From Chrysomallon squamiferum (taxonomy: Eukaryota; Animalia; Mollusca): a stretch of 64,000 nt of DNA. Positions 1 to 14,399 of the stretch are shown here, one piece after another; within the stretch, counting starts at the first letter, position 1; each line of letters begins with the position of its first letter. The stretch covers positions 9,610,001-9,674,000 of the forward strand of contig CM022671.1 of NCBI GenBank assembly GCA_012295275.1, given 5' to 3'. The notes below the pieces were generated by a model. It saw only the letters and a program-made list of their open reading frames with translations. It ran no database searches and was not told where the DNA came from. The translations under genes and the position numbers were made by a program.

Positions 1-1139
1 CTACCAGTTATTGGTGCATACCCAAAGTGTTTGCGACAATCTAACTGATCTAACATTATCAGCATTCATTAGAAGGAGAAAAAGTTTCAATTGTTACTTT
101 AAATCACAACTTGGCAAAATATGTGCATCTTTGGGAAACAACTGGACTCCCAGTCCAGCCACCACCAACCCTTATTTTATTTCTGGATATGCCACTGTAT
201 TGGTTATTCCTATGTTTTGCAGTGATTAAACTGGTTATTCCTGATGTTTGATGCTAGAAACTGTGAAACCATAAAGTATCTCTCATATCAGATATTTCTT
301 TACTTTAATCAATGGGATATTATAATCTTTAAGATTATTTAAGCTATTTCAAACTATGTTCTGGGAAATCAATAGGGGCCCTTTACTGGAATCCTGGGAC
401 ACAGAATTAAAATAGACAAGTAAATATCTAATGAAAAATTAAATTAATAAATAAAATAATGTTTAGAAAAAAATAAAAAAAAAATAAAATAAAATAAAAT
501 AAAATAACATTTAAAATATTTAAAATATAAAATAAAAAATCATCAGCATTCACAATGAAATTAGAAAGAGGAAATGAGAGAAACTAGACTGATCACACAT
601 CACTCTTGTGTGATGCATGTATATAATTCTGAAGTTCTCCATATTATTTTATCTATGTTTATAATATAAGGCACACATGAGAAATGGGCTGGAGATCAAT
701 ATAAACTTTTTATAAAATTCTGAAATTGTTTCTCCCATCTGTGCCTATTACCAAGTTTAAATCTCGTGAAAAGTTCATTTTTATATAAATAAATATCATT
801 CCAGTGCAAGACCCTCAAGAATATTAAATGTAATAGAGGTGTCTAAGCTAAATGTCAAATACTTGATTAGCCATTGGCTATCATCCAGGGTAAGGAACCC
901 TTAGATCAGTCTGTATTCTGACACAATGGCTTTCAGACTGACAGTTCCAGATGAAACAACAGTGTGAGCTTACACAAACATTCAGTGATAAAAAGTTAAA
1001 AATAAAAGAATTTTTTTTTTTTTTTATTTAAAAAAAAAAAAAAATAAAAATAAAGTAAAGTTGATACATCATAACAAATGTAACAATACTAATATTATAA
1101 AATTCATTGTTCTAACAAAAAATATATTTGTTCACTTAC

Positions 1140-1278
1140 AGAGCCATACAGAAATGAATCAATGAATCTCAAGTCACAAGTTTTGATAATGTCCTTTTTC
1201 TTCCACTTTTCTTTTCTTGTATTCTCTGCCTGCATGCATTCTTTTTTGTTGATGGCTTTCAAATGATTGTCTTCAATC
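1140..1278 (-). CDS. Candidate internal coding exon of an unidentified gene
   Basis: Acceptor ttattttaag| and donor |gtaagt flank 139 nt that read open as (R)IEDNHLKAINKKECMQAENTRKEKWKKKDIIKTCDLRFIDSFLYGS. A 31-nt candidate exon at 2075..2105 (ttttcataag| ... |gtaagt; EKYENIHTCR) is phase-compatible upstream. No family recognised. Confidence 0.3.
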
Positions 1279-2111
1279 CTTAAAATAACTAGCAAAAGAA
1301 AAATATTCTTATTGTAAGTATAACAATTATTAGCAAATTGCAACAATTCTAAAATTAAAATATAAATAAATTAAAAGCATTTTCTCCATCTTTAAAATAT
1401 ATTATAAAAATACAAATCGTTTTTTAAATATTACTGACTTCATTCAATTACCCAGTAATTATTCATTTTATTTTATTATATTTTATAATATTGTTCAGCT
1501 TGAAAAAAAAATGTTGGATATTAATGTAATACAAAATAGAAATCATATGTTATTACATGATTTACTGTGCAGTATTAAATCTGCATTTCCAGAAGCTTTC
1601 ATCAACCATTTCTTCATTTTGCTGCTCTGAAGTTGTTTTTTATTTCTGCAATAAGACTAAAAACACAAAATCAATTAGTTATAAAATGTCCATTTGAAGT
1701 AAATAAATGCAGCTTGAAATGTTTTTCAGCTATACATGTAAAGTTTAAACCAGAGTTATACTGCACACCATTATGTCCAAAACTAGATTATAATTACACT
1801 ATAAAAATCTTTAGGATGAGGAACTGATATTTTAGGATAAGTATCATTCACCTGTCAATTTTTCTAAACTCAGTAATTACTTAGTTTAAACTAAAATTCT
1901 GAAAAACTGAAGGTAAAATATCAAAATACAAAATGGCCAATTTCTTGAAATTTAGACAATATTTCCAAATTAAAAACTGCTGTCTATCTTGTAATATATT
2001 AAAAAAAAAAAAAAGTATGATTATTAGCAAAGTACAAAATTTAATTAATTGTAATTAATCGCAAAGTTACTTACCTACAGGTATGAATGTTTTCATATTT
2101 TTCAACTTATG

Positions 2112-2150
<39 letters not shown>

Positions 2151-2435
2151 TTTATCATATTTTTTGGTTAAAATTGACTACCTGGAAAAACTGTCTTATC
2201 AGTTCAACTGTCACTTTGAAAATGAACAATGTCACAAGGTGACAAACAACTCTCAGGCCAAGCCAATGTTCAGGTCTCTATGGAGATTTAATTAAGCAGC
2301 TTTGCTAATTACATTTAAAGCTGCATCAAACAGTGGCCCATTGTGTTAACCTTTTTTACAATCCAATCAAAAGTTCAGAACAGTTATATCAGTTCAGCTG
2401 TACCCGTGATTATTATAAGAAGTAAAGCCGAAGTG

Positions 2436-2470
<35 letters not shown>

Positions 2471-2934
2471 AATTATTTATCGCCTTGTTTACCAAATAAT
2501 AATTAAAAAAAAAAATAATAATAATAATAATAAATAAAAAATAAATAAAATTATGTATTTACCCATTTAATTTCATTTAGTTCTGAGCTGACACGCGCTA
2601 TTTTTTCCAGTGATTTCCAGTAACTTCTGCCATTTTTAGAAAAATGCGCTTGTCTGATACTCCTCTATTATTATCATTAAAGTAATTCATTGCTTCCTAA
2701 AAAACTAAAAATAAATAAATAATAAATCAATAAATCAATAAATAACAAAAAGAAAGAAACAAATTTAAAAAAAAAGTGAGTTGCCGTTCTTGGTAATATT
2801 TTACTAAAAACTCATCATGTTTTGCATTACAGTAAATAAACAATATAAAATTTATTGATCATCGGGCATATTAAAAATACAATAAAACTTTTTTATACCA
2901 TTATTCATTTTAGTTTCTTTCTTTCTTTTTTTTT

Positions 2935-2972
<38 letters not shown>

Positions 2973-3145
2973 AATTATTATTAAATGCTAATTTTAATAA
3001 GTTTTTTTTTTTTTTTTTTGAATCCGATATTTTTCAGATACATATTTCAGTACATACTGTACAACGATCTAAAAATAGAAATAATTTTTGAATTTTCAAT
3101 TCACTACCGCAGACAGTGAATACTCCCCAGACAGTGAAAACGCAC

Positions 3146-3148
<3 letters not shown>

Positions 3149-3203
<55 letters not shown>
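3149..3203. repeat. (CA)n microsatellite
   Basis: Perfect dinucleotide run. Confidence 0.95.
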
Positions 3204-3206
<3 letters not shown>

Positions 3207-5569
3207 TCTAAAATCAGAATAACTTGAACGTGTTTGTGCAATAATCCTTTTTAAATTTGTGTCCAGATACAATCTTTAGCTTATTATTAGTCAGCGTAAA
3301 ATTTTCTAAGCCATCTAAGTAATAACACGTATTGTTTATTTTTATCAACATTCTTTTTATTTTATTTTTTTATTTTAACTAAAATGGGGCGTTGGATTGG
3401 GGCTAAACGAACCAGTTTTTCATACGTTTTATTTATGGCAAGGACATAATTCTCCATAACTGTTCCTTAGCCAAGGTAACAAAACCTGATTTTCCAAAAC
3501 TTTTAATGTCCTGGAAAACACTGCAACGAATTTCCAAAAATGTCCTGTCATCAGCCAATCCTTAGAGACATTGTAAGTCCAGGTATCTTGTCTGTTGAAC
3601 AAGTCTAACAATGTCATGTCTCTCGTGTCAGATAGTTTCACGAGTTGGTTTGTGATGTTTGTATACGATTTGACTAATTGTAGTAAGACTCAGAACCAAC
3701 CAGCCCAATTTGCCCGACATTATTTTAGGGACCTTTTTATTTTTTTATTTTCTTTTATTTATTTTTTTGAATGCTTAATGTATTCTTTGTTTCAAGTTCT
3801 ATCAGAACACCCCCAAAAAAAAAAAGAAATTAAAAATGTGTCACCTGATATTTGAAATAAAGGTTTAATGTCAATCAGAAATACGTTGTGGTAGCCGACG
3901 CCATATGATTATATGTTTCTCAGAATGTGATTTCGTGGATATCGTTCATACATTATTTGTCACGCTCATGGCGTTAATGTAAACAGTCTCAACCATACGA
4001 AAGTTCATATATAAAGTTAATTTGAATATACAAGATGAAAACTTTTCCCACCCAAAACTGACAGAAAACCTAGAGGCAGAGACTGTGTAAAGTCTCTCGA
4101 CTATTTCCAAGAAACGATAACATGGCTGACAACATCGCTGCACCTCTAGTTAGCAGTAAAACCTGTTGCTTAGCTCATAAAATATCAGGACAGATAGATG
4201 ATATGGTAATGATAATATTGTAGATTCTTCTGACTATTTCCAGACTTGGTCCGAAAATTCATAGTGAATTAAGAAACTGTCTCATGAGACACCTCGCCAG
4301 TTAAAACCAGACATACTTGCACACAGCGCACACACACAAACACACGCACACACACAAAAACACACACACACACAGCCATCATGTTAAATCACTCTATTTG
4401 AAAAACAACAGAGAGAGAGAGAGAGAGAGAATGTTATAAACAAACAATAGCTATTTATATTTCTCTCTGTCTCTCTCTCTCTTTATATATATATATAGTA
4501 ATAGTGCTGCAGTACAAACATTAAAAACAGTTTGACTTCCACTCATTTTATGTGAAGCACTGTTATATCAAAACAACACATGGCTTTCTGATTAATTACT
4601 TTTGTTTTCAAACTAATTTTGTAGCAAGGTCATCGGACAGAACTCAAACTGTTCATCTCACACTAATTATGATTTTCGCTTGAGTACAATAAACCAAGTG
4701 CTTGTTGCATAGTCATCATACTTTTCTTTAAGATAAAGCAGATTTTCATGTTAATCATCGCCGGGTTTTTTTCAGATCATAGAAACTCGGGAATACCACA
4801 AAGATGATAAGAAATGTCTGTACAGGTTAGTACAAAAATACATTTAGTACAATTGTAATATTGTTTAGTGTTCTGTAAGACAGGATAGTAGTGTATACAA
4901 CGGTTTTCCTTATATTAATTGGGCAGCTGAACCAAAAAGGATACATCGTTTTATTTTATTAGAATTTTTATTCAGTTAAATAATTTTTTTTTTTTTTTTA
5001 CATATTTAATAAAATCAGATAATTAAAACTTAAATATAAAAATAACAATTATTAATAAGAAAAACTCACAACTCATCTTGCAATTCTAACACTCACACAG
5101 TCACGCACACACTCACTCTTTTATTAGTTGGTTTGCGAGATATTGAAAATTAACATCAGTACAGTACAGGGCACTGGTATTTCAACTGATTATCACACAG
5201 AGTTAGCTAACTTTTGCTTTTTATACTTGTCGGTAAATTCATCTATGTTTTAGGAACAATAACAATTATGTACGGTTTTAAAATATTTCTTTAACTAAAT
5301 ATTTGAATAATTTAACCATGTTTATTTATTTTCAGCTTTTTAATTAAACTATTACAGCTTTTGAAGATTTTTTTTGTCTAGTCTGTTGAAGAAAAGTCTG
5401 AAGATTTGTGTTCTTATTTTTATTTTTTCCTGCATTCTGTTCAGTTTTCAGGGTCGTTAAGGAAACAGTCACCTCGTTTTGTCATCTTTATATTTAGACC
5501 AGAGAAGCTTTTTCGTCTGAGTGGTTTAAACCATGAATATTAATCAGTAATCAGTATAATATTAATCAG

Positions 5570-5680
<111 letters not shown>

Positions 5681-6069
5681 GTGTCTTGAGCGAAATCTTT
5701 CACAATAATCAGTGCTTGGGTGGGATGTTATAATTTATTTTCCTCTGACAAATCTTTAAAATTTCCTCATCACTTTGTAGACTAGTTTATTTGGTCTAAT
5801 AGTGTCATACTGATGATAAATTTGATAAATATCATAAACGTATAAATTACTAAAAATCTGTGCTTGAAACTCTTCTTTCCGTTTCTAGTTTTTATCAGAC
5901 TGCTGAACACGGTGTTTTTAAATTGTTGTAAAATTCTTCTGCACAGTATGCAGCCATTTCTAAGTCTGATTTTATTAAACCACCAAATTAATTCTATCAT
6001 ACCCCAAAATGTTTCAGAATTTCATGTATTTTGTTTTCAGGGTTGAACTTTACTTAAGTATAATTTCAG

Positions 6070-6134
6070 AATGTTAATGAAACAAAAGAAAATAGATTGT
6101 CTGCAAAAAAGTTTGAGTGATTGTGAAGCAAAAT
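6070..6134 (+). CDS. Candidate Cys-containing exon upstream of the Sushi exon
   Basis: tttcag| ... |gtaagt; reads [21 protein letters not shown]. It ends in phase 1 while the next exon is open only in phase 0, so the join is uncertain. Confidence 0.3.
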
Positions 6135-6140
6135 GTAAGT

Positions 6141-6266
<126 letters not shown>

Positions 6267-6364
6267 CATGGATTTCAGTTCAAGCAGTTTTCTATTTCAG
6301 AATATAACATTTCATGGAATATGAAAATATTAACTTGAATTTGCTTTCCGTATCTCTCATGTAG

Positions 6365-6556
6365 ACGACTGGTGCACCAACAAGTGAGGACAACAATGGC
6401 GTAGTGTTGCTCACATCACATCACAGAACTGCGGCACTGACCTGCAGTCAGTTATATCGTTTATTTGGAACTGACAGTGAGATAACTTCTCAGCAGACTG
6501 AACAGTGGTCATCAGTTGATGGAGCGTGTAAACAGGTCGAATGGGAAGATGAAGTG
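6365..6556 (+). CDS. Sushi/CCP-like domain exon of a Sushi-galectin gene
   Basis: ctctcatgtag| ... |gtaagg, 192 nt open: TTGAPTSEDNNGVVLLTSHHRTAALTCSQLYRLFGTDSEITSQQTEQWSSVDGACKQVEWEDEV. Fits the Sushi pattern P..NG...A.xC...Y.L.G...IT(C)....WS.....C. Confidence 0.6.
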
Positions 6557-7387
6557 GTAAGGTAATTTTAAATAAACAAGTAAACACTGAACTCAAGTTT
6601 TGTAATATAACAATGAGATGATACTCTACCGCAGCTATTACTACTGCTACTACTATTACTAATTCAATTTCAGTTCAATTTATTTATTTGACAGAGTCAG
6701 CATGACTATAAACACAAAACAGACAAAAATACAGAAATAAAACAGAAACAGTTGTATAATAGGATACAGTATACAAATACAGGGGAAAAAATTAAACGTA
6801 AGAATTAGGATAATAAAAATATAAACATATATGTAGTTACTAATAAAATTATATAATTACACACACACAAACTAAGTAAATAAATAAATAAATAAATAAA
6901 TATATTGGCATCACACATATGGTTAAGGATGATGGATTATTTGAGATGGAGATGTGATCTGTGTACTGTATGTTGGTGATGTGTGTGTTGATCAGCTCTT
7001 CTTTCAGAGAGCGGATTCTGACATCTACAGCACTGTATTTCGTGCTGGAGCTTGCTAGTGACTATCCAGTTGGTGCAGTTTCACTTCCATTACAGACTGC
7101 TCACGTTTTAGAAGCCCTGCTACCTCAAAAATGTCGTCCGACTCTTAACGTATCAATAAAAGTCACTCTAACTTGTGCAGCTGCCATAAACGTGAAATTA
7201 TTTTCCATTTTGATATTATACTTTATATAGATAAAACCGGGAAAAGAACCAATGGACAAGCGCCTACTCAGTACAAATCGGTAGCATAATATGAGCAAAT
7301 AATAAAAAATAAAAAAAAAAGCGTAGATACCTACTCAATTAATGAAAGCATAATTGCAAATTTTACCCAGGAAAGTAATCATATAAC

Positions 7388-7892
7388 AGTTTTAAATATA
7401 CAAGTTCTCTGGCTTTAAATATACAAGTACTCTAGTTTTAAATATACAAGTAAACACTGAACTCTAGTTTTAAATATACAAGTAAACACTGTACTCTGGT
7501 TTAAATATACAAGTAAACACTGTACTCTAGTTTTAAATATACAAGTAAACACTGTACTCTAGTTTTAAATATATAAGTAAACACTGTACACTGGTTTAAA
7601 TATACAAGTATAATTTGTACTGTAGTCTTAAATATACAAGTAAACACTGTTCTCTAGTCTTAAATATAAAAGTAAACACTGTACTCTAGTTTTAAATATA
7701 AAAGTAAACACTGTACTCTAGTTTAAATATACAAGTAAACACTGTACTCTAGTTTTAAATATACAAGTAAACACTGTTCTCTAGTCTTAAATATAAAAGT
7801 AAACACTGTACTCTAGTTTTAAATATACAAGTAAACACTGTTCTCTAGTCTTAAATATAAAAGTAAACACTGTACTCTAGTTTTAAATATAC
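7388..7892. repeat. 32-bp intronic minisatellite (tagttttaaatatacaagtaaacactgtactc)
   Basis: About 15 tandem copies; more degenerate copies at 8230-8490 and one at about 6565-6600. Confidence 0.9.
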
Positions 7893-8571
7893 GTATTATT
7901 ACACATGCAGTGAGAATCAATAAAAATTAACTGAATCAGAGTAAGATATTAGAAGAATAACTATGCCTGACATTAAAGAGGATAAGTAGAAAAAATGTAA
8001 TTAAATATTATATTATGTCTGAGATACACTGGTTCCTGATACAGGGATAAACACAAATGTAATATCATATTGTTTTTTTTTTTAAATCTCTTAGCGTTAT
8101 ACATCATGTAAAAATTAATAAAGACATTGTAGTATGCATGTAGTAATTTTATTTATATGTCACAAAGAATGTAGTAAATAATTGTGGTTTGTAAATATTT
8201 AAAAACAGTTAATATATAAATAAACAATATACTGTAGTTTTAAATATACAGGTAAACACTGTACTCTTGTTTTAAACATTTATGTAAACACTATATATTA
8301 GTCTTAAAATAAATAAAGTGCTCTAATTTTAAATATACCGGTAAACATTGTACACTAGTTAAAATATACATGTAAAACACTGCATTATAGTTTTAGATAT
8401 AAAAGTATATATATTCTATTTTTAAATATACATGCAAACACTGTACTGTTTTAAATATACAAGAAAGCACTATTCTCTAGTTCTAAAATAAACATATAAA
8501 AATAGTACAGGTCAAATTTGTATTTGTATTTATTATTATAATTATTTTTAAATTTTTTTCATTTGTCAAAG

Positions 8572-8770
8572 CTTGATGCTCATAATGGCTTCCAATGATT
8601 TTGTACTCCTGAATATGTTTATCGTGTTTCAAAATGACCCCATGGAATATGTTACATACTCTTTTTTTGTTGGCAATAGGTTGAATTCAGTTCATGAGGC
8701 ATCTTCATTTCCTTTCCAGAAAGATATTACCTTTGAGATGAGAGCCGTTGTTGATGGAAACACTTTTAAG
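8572..8770 (+). CDS. Galectin-like domain, central exon
   Basis: tttgtcaaag| ... |gtaagt, 199 nt: LMLIMASNDFVLLNMFIVFQNDPMEYVTYSFFVGNRLNSVHEASSFPFQKDITFEMRAVVDGNTFK. FPF....F.....F(K) is the galectin CRD pattern. Confidence 0.65.
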
Positions 8771-8802
8771 GTAAGTAACTCTCTGCTTCTGTCTGTCAAA
8801 TA

Positions 8803-9085
8803 ATGATAACAGCAACAACAAATAACAATAACAACCAAAAGAACAAGAACAATCACAGCAACCACAACAACAGCAAAAAAACAACAACAATGATAACAAT
8901 AACAATGACAAGAACAATAATAACAACTATAATAGCAATTATAAGAACTACAACATCAATAAAAATAACAACAACAATAATAAAGACAATGACAACAATA
9001 ATAACACATATAACAACAATAACAACAACAGTAACAATAATTACAATAACAACAACTGTGGCAACAACAATAACAATAATAAACA
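8803..9085. repeat. Degenerate (AAC/AAT)n trinucleotide tract, intronic
   Basis: Directly visible. Confidence 0.85.
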
Positions 9086-9179
9086 GGAGGATGGCTTACT
9101 CCTATTTTCATCCCTAGTTGTAACACTCTGTGTTTGTATTCATGATCTGTGTTTATTTTGGTCTACTGATTCACTTTTG

Positions 9180-9780
9180 TTAGGTTTGTATATTTACTAA
9201 TGTTTTGTGTCTTGTCTTATATGTTTCTGGTATTAAATGTGTTTTGTGTTATATATGTCTGATGTTAGGTGTATCGAATGTTTGATTGTTTTGTGTTGCG
9301 AGTGTCTGTCATATAGTGTTATATCTTGTGTTATATGTTTCTTGTGTAGGTTTCTCTGGTGTTATGTCTCTGATGTTATATTTGAATGGTGTTATGTTTG
9401 TATTGTGCTATGTCAGTCTTGTGTCTGTGTCAGGTGTGAGTGTGTTATGTGTGACGTTAACTGTGTTGTGCATTATATTATCTGGTGTTATTATTCATAT
9501 TATATATATGAATGTTTTATATGGTGTTATGCTTGTGTTATGTGTGCATTGTGTTATAATGTGAGTGTGTTTCATCATGTGCTGGGTCTTATCTTAGTGT
9601 TATCTAAGTGTTTTTGGTTAGGCAACTCTAGTATTATATGTGTCTGCTGTTATTATATCCATCTGTATTCAATATCTGTGTCTGGTGATATGTAAGCATT
9701 AGGTTTTATGTTGGTATGACTCATGTAAGTGTTGGGTACATTTTTTTGGTGTTCTGTTTTTAGTTTGGTTGATTGATATT
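9180..9780. repeat. TG/TA-rich degenerate low-complexity tract, intronic
   Basis: Cryptic gtgtta/tgtgt repeats. Confidence 0.7.
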
Positions 9781-9832
9781 AACTCTTCTGAGTTTTATTT
9801 TCCTTAATATATATATATTATTTTTCTTCCAG

Positions 9833-9952
9833 GTTACTGTTGATGGTAATAACCCTTTTGATGATATAACATTAGCAGTTCCAGTAGAAGATTTCTCTGT
9901 ACTGGCAATATTTGGTGAAATACTCATTCAAGAACTGAAATTTATATACTAA
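9833..9952 (+). CDS. Galectin-like domain, terminal exon
   Basis: tttttcttccag| VTVDGNNPFDDITLAVPVEDFSVLAIFGEILIQELKFIY*. In frame (phase 0) with the previous exon; V.V(D/N)G ... L.I.G(D/E)..I..L.F is the galectin C-terminus. Confidence 0.7.
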   Translation, partial: VTVDGNNPFDDITLAVPVEDFSVLAIFGEILIQELKFIY

Positions 9953-9971
9953 GATAATTATATGCAAAAAA

Positions 9972-10006
<35 letters not shown>

Positions 10007-13000
10007 ATACATACATACATACATAAATAACAGAGATTTGTTAATTTATCTGTTGCAAAATGTAACTGCAATAATGATGTATAAAAATAACATCACAGTA
10101 TGATTCCAAAGATGGTGACATTAATTCAAATACTAACAACAACAACAACAACAATAATAATAATGACAGGGGAAAATAAAATACATCACATTGTCTACAT
10201 TAAGAGTAATGATGACAATACCAGTAATATTTATTAAACAATATTAACAAATTAACTGTAAAAAAGCAAAAAAAACAAAAACAAACAATGAGAACAACAA
10301 TAACATTAACAACAACACCCATTACACAATGCCAGAGACCATGTCATCAATAGAAATAATCTACAGGACACGCAGATTGATATATTTCTCCTTTCACTAC
10401 ATTAGACTGTGTTCTGACAAGTTGAAAACACTATGAACAGATCATACTGATAACTTGAGGTGCTGTCAGGGATGACTCACCCAGAATAATGTGCATATTT
10501 GTTTTTAACTCATCATGAAATCATATTATCTTGGAGAAATCCTTATGCAGTATATTTTAAAAATTATTTTGTTATTTTAACCCAAAGAGAGACAAAGATA
10601 ATTCCAATAATGATGAATATCATAATAATGACAAGACAGAAAAACCAAACCAGCAAATTAACATAAGATGAAACTGTAGTAATAATAATAATAATAATAC
10701 AAATACCACACAAGTGTTTCTCAAAGCTGAAATCCATAAAACTGTGAACAATCCTCTGAATCTGCAGCACTGACCTGCTTTGTAGTGTAAGGGAGAGAGT
10801 GAGATCTGAAAAACTCTGTCTTTGACCAAGTCTTTAAAAAAATAGAAAATCTGACACTTGTAAAGTGAAAATAATTAATTATCACCAGACTATGAAAAAT
10901 GAGAGGCATTTTAGTTAAATAACTAATTGATAAGTTCTGTCATTTATTAATTGTTTGTGATACGTCATTTACCATATCAGGATTTCAAACCTTTTACAAC
11001 AAAAATTCCTATCCATTGGTATTCTTCTCAAAGTTATTACTTTAAGTGGAATTTGAAAAAAATTTCAGTCTGACTTTGCTTAAAGTTTTATTATTAAATT
11101 GCTTTCAAATAATATCCTAAATATGGTGTATTGCATATGTGCAAATATAGCAACAATTTCAGATAAAACATATCTGTATATAAATTTATTGTTTTTAAAG
11201 AGATAAATCAAAAATAATTAATAAAATTAATTAAATGAAATAGGCATTTTACAATAATTCAGTAAATAACAATAAACCAAAAATAAAGGAAACTGGTTAT
11301 TTAAAAGAAAGAAAATGTTGGGAATGTTTATAAGCTGGTTCTGTCTGCTACAAAACATTATACAGAATTTAAAAGCAGCATATCACATTTACCTTCACAC
11401 TGCATATGTCAGAGCAATTTAGGTCGGAAATTCATAAGGGAAATAACTCTATTTAACATGTAGGTACAGAAAAAGACTGAAAACACTGTTTACTGAAAAC
11501 GTTGTTTACCACATATAATGAAAATGAAATACAATATTAACAGTTTATTGACTACAACCAGACCTATTTACACTAATAAATTTAAATTCATCAAAAGAAC
11601 TGTAATATTTTACATTTATAGCTCTCTAGATTATTCCTAGCTGAATATTAATTGTAAAATTATGACTTTAATTTTAAGGGGAGATAATAGCATATCACTT
11701 TACTTGTTATAATCTCTATATTGTTAATTAAGAATTAATCTGTAACAGCACAGTATATTTACAGAACTTGTCTTATAATATACATGGTTCATCTTGTGCA
11801 TTCTCGCCTTTTCACTTTACTTTTACTAACAAAAACATCTATTAATGTTTCTCAGTATTGTAGACTATTCTAGTATTTATGAAAGATATAATATCAGTAA
11901 TATTCATCTTAATCTAGCCCCTCACCTCTCAACTGCAATTTTACTATCTTAAATAATAATACTACTACTAATAATAATGTGGAAGACATTCAATATTTTT
12001 CATAGGCAACCTTAAAAGTTGATTCATTATTCAACTTGTTAGGTATGTTATACCAGAAAAATTAAGCTTATTATTTATTTATTTATTTATTATGTGAAAT
12101 AAAATGATCTAATATTGTTAATTAAAAAAGAACAGCTAAATGTTTCAATACACTGTGTTTTAAATACATAATATTATCGCTGTGCCTCTGTTAACAACAA
12201 AACTATGTAACATAAATAGTGATGGCGGTACTGTAGCTGCATCTTATTTTCATAACACCATGTAAAATTACTCCTACTTAGCTTTTCCAGTGAAACATGT
12301 TAAAAAAATGTCACATTAGTATGGAAGCATTCTCAATATTTTGGATTTCATGTCTACTTCTACTGTTGTTTATAAAATCATGCTAACACTGAACACCAAT
12401 CTGTAGCTGACTGGCTGGATAGCACGTGTTTCATTAAAACATCTGCTGGCCAGTTTTGTTCTTCCAAAAATCAGTGTCAAGTCATGATAAAAATCTTATT
12501 TGAGTATTTACTAAAACACAAAACTTTGACATACAGTGAAGTTTTCTAGACATAATTTGTGACAGCTGGACAGAATTTACATTCTATAAACTAATAAGAT
12601 TTCAGTTTTATATGAATAAAGTGAGATTCAAGCAAAAATGACATGATATGCCATAAAGAATACCACTATTTACACTGATTAATTTTATTAAATAAATAAA
12701 TAAATAAATATTTTAATTTAATTTAATTTTAATACTGACAGCACAATTTAAATAGTGGAAATTGGATTTATTTAGATGAGAAGGTACCAGTTTAATTTGA
12801 TATTTTAAAAGCTTCAGGTAAATTTATTGACAATTAAAGAAAAAACATAAATTTTTACTTCATAGTAAGACATTATGTTTATGTTTTAATAGGATGAAAT
12901 AAATTATATGTTTTGTCTAGTTGACTGAAAATATCCTCACATCTCATAAAACACTAGTTCAGGAGGACAGGCATGTTTTCTATGATGTAAGTTACAAAGT

Positions 13001-13334
13001 ATAATATTAACTAATACTAACTATGTAGAATAACTAGTAGAATAAAATGTAACTGAAAGTGAAAGTATCAGTATAGTATTTTTTATGATGCAAAACAGAG
13101 GTAAACATAACATAACATCACATTATTTTCACTCAGTATCAATTAATCAGTTATCGTAGTGCTATTAAACCCAAATCCTTTTTAAATAGATTTGCATTAA
13201 TATTTATTTTAAAGAAAATGAAAATGAAATAATGTATGTCTATAAAAAAAAAATAATAATAATTTCAAAATTTAGAACTTTAAAAATTAAAAATGAATTT
13301 TGATTATTGTGTGTAAATATACAAAAAAGACTGA

Positions 13335-13383
<49 letters not shown>

Positions 13384-14399
13384 TACAGAATGCCATTCAG
13401 CATGATTAGTATTCATTATTATTATTTTAAGAGATTATTATTATTATTGTTTTCTTTTATTATTTTCAGATTGCTTTTAATTTCTTTCTTTTTTTTTTTT
13501 TTTTGGCAGATTTTTATTTGAATTAAAAATAACAAAGATCATGGTATTTAATGCATGTTTTAGAAATAAATTTTTGAATTTTTCTGAAAAAAATTTAAAA
13601 AAAAACTCCATTTATTACCTTTTTTTTTTCTTATTTTTTTTTATCATTTTTTAATTTATTAAACTTTTTTCAATGATTTATATTTAAATCATTAATTATT
13701 AACAAAAATGGGAAACCCAAATTTAAAAAATAACGTAAAAAAAAAAAATATATATATTTTTTTATTATGTAGACAGGTTTTTCTAATTACCACTAATTAT
13801 ATAATCTTCAAGTCATGGTTATATTTAATTTTATAATTTGATACAAAATTCAACCCAAACCCTTAATTTTCTGCTGATTTAAAAAGTTAAAAACAAAAAA
13901 ACAATTATTATTTTTTTTTTTTTTTTTTTTTTTTAATAAAAAATTCAATTACCCTAACCCAACAAAAAATTTTATAATCTTCAATTATATTTACACTAAT
14001 TACTCTGAACTAACCCTTGATTTTCCCGGTGTTAGCCCAGGAAGTCGACAAATCTATTTTGATTAGTACCGGGACATAGAATAATAAAAGTCCCGGGACA
14101 CTGACATTTCTGAATTGTTTGTAAGTTCTGCGCTGCAGTTAAGACACACCTTTTTTGTTAACAATGAGAAGAGAACCCTGAAGTAGAATATTAGGTGATT
14201 GCTGTCCATGGTAGAATATGTAACTAGGCTTCCATTAATTGAGTAGACACCTTAGTGTTTTTTTTTTTGTTTATTTGCTTGTATTATGCTCTACTAATTT
14301 ACTGTTTTGGGTAGTAAATTTATCTTTCTCTTATACTGAGCAGGCACTTGTACATTGGTTCTTTTCCCGGTTTAATCTATATAAAGTTTTATATCAAAA

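Noticed and set aside
8803-9117. Thr/Asn-rich mucin-like ORF
   Set aside because: AAC/AAT microsatellite just after a strong splice donor
9237-9695. 152-aa Cys/Val-rich ORF resembling a metallothionein or keratin-associated protein
   Set aside because: Translation of a TG-rich low-complexity tract inside the galectin intron
10700-11510. Minus-strand exon-like pieces as the 3' exons of the 17-kb LamG remnant
   Set aside because: Only faint resemblance, with stops; not distinguishable from chance by eye
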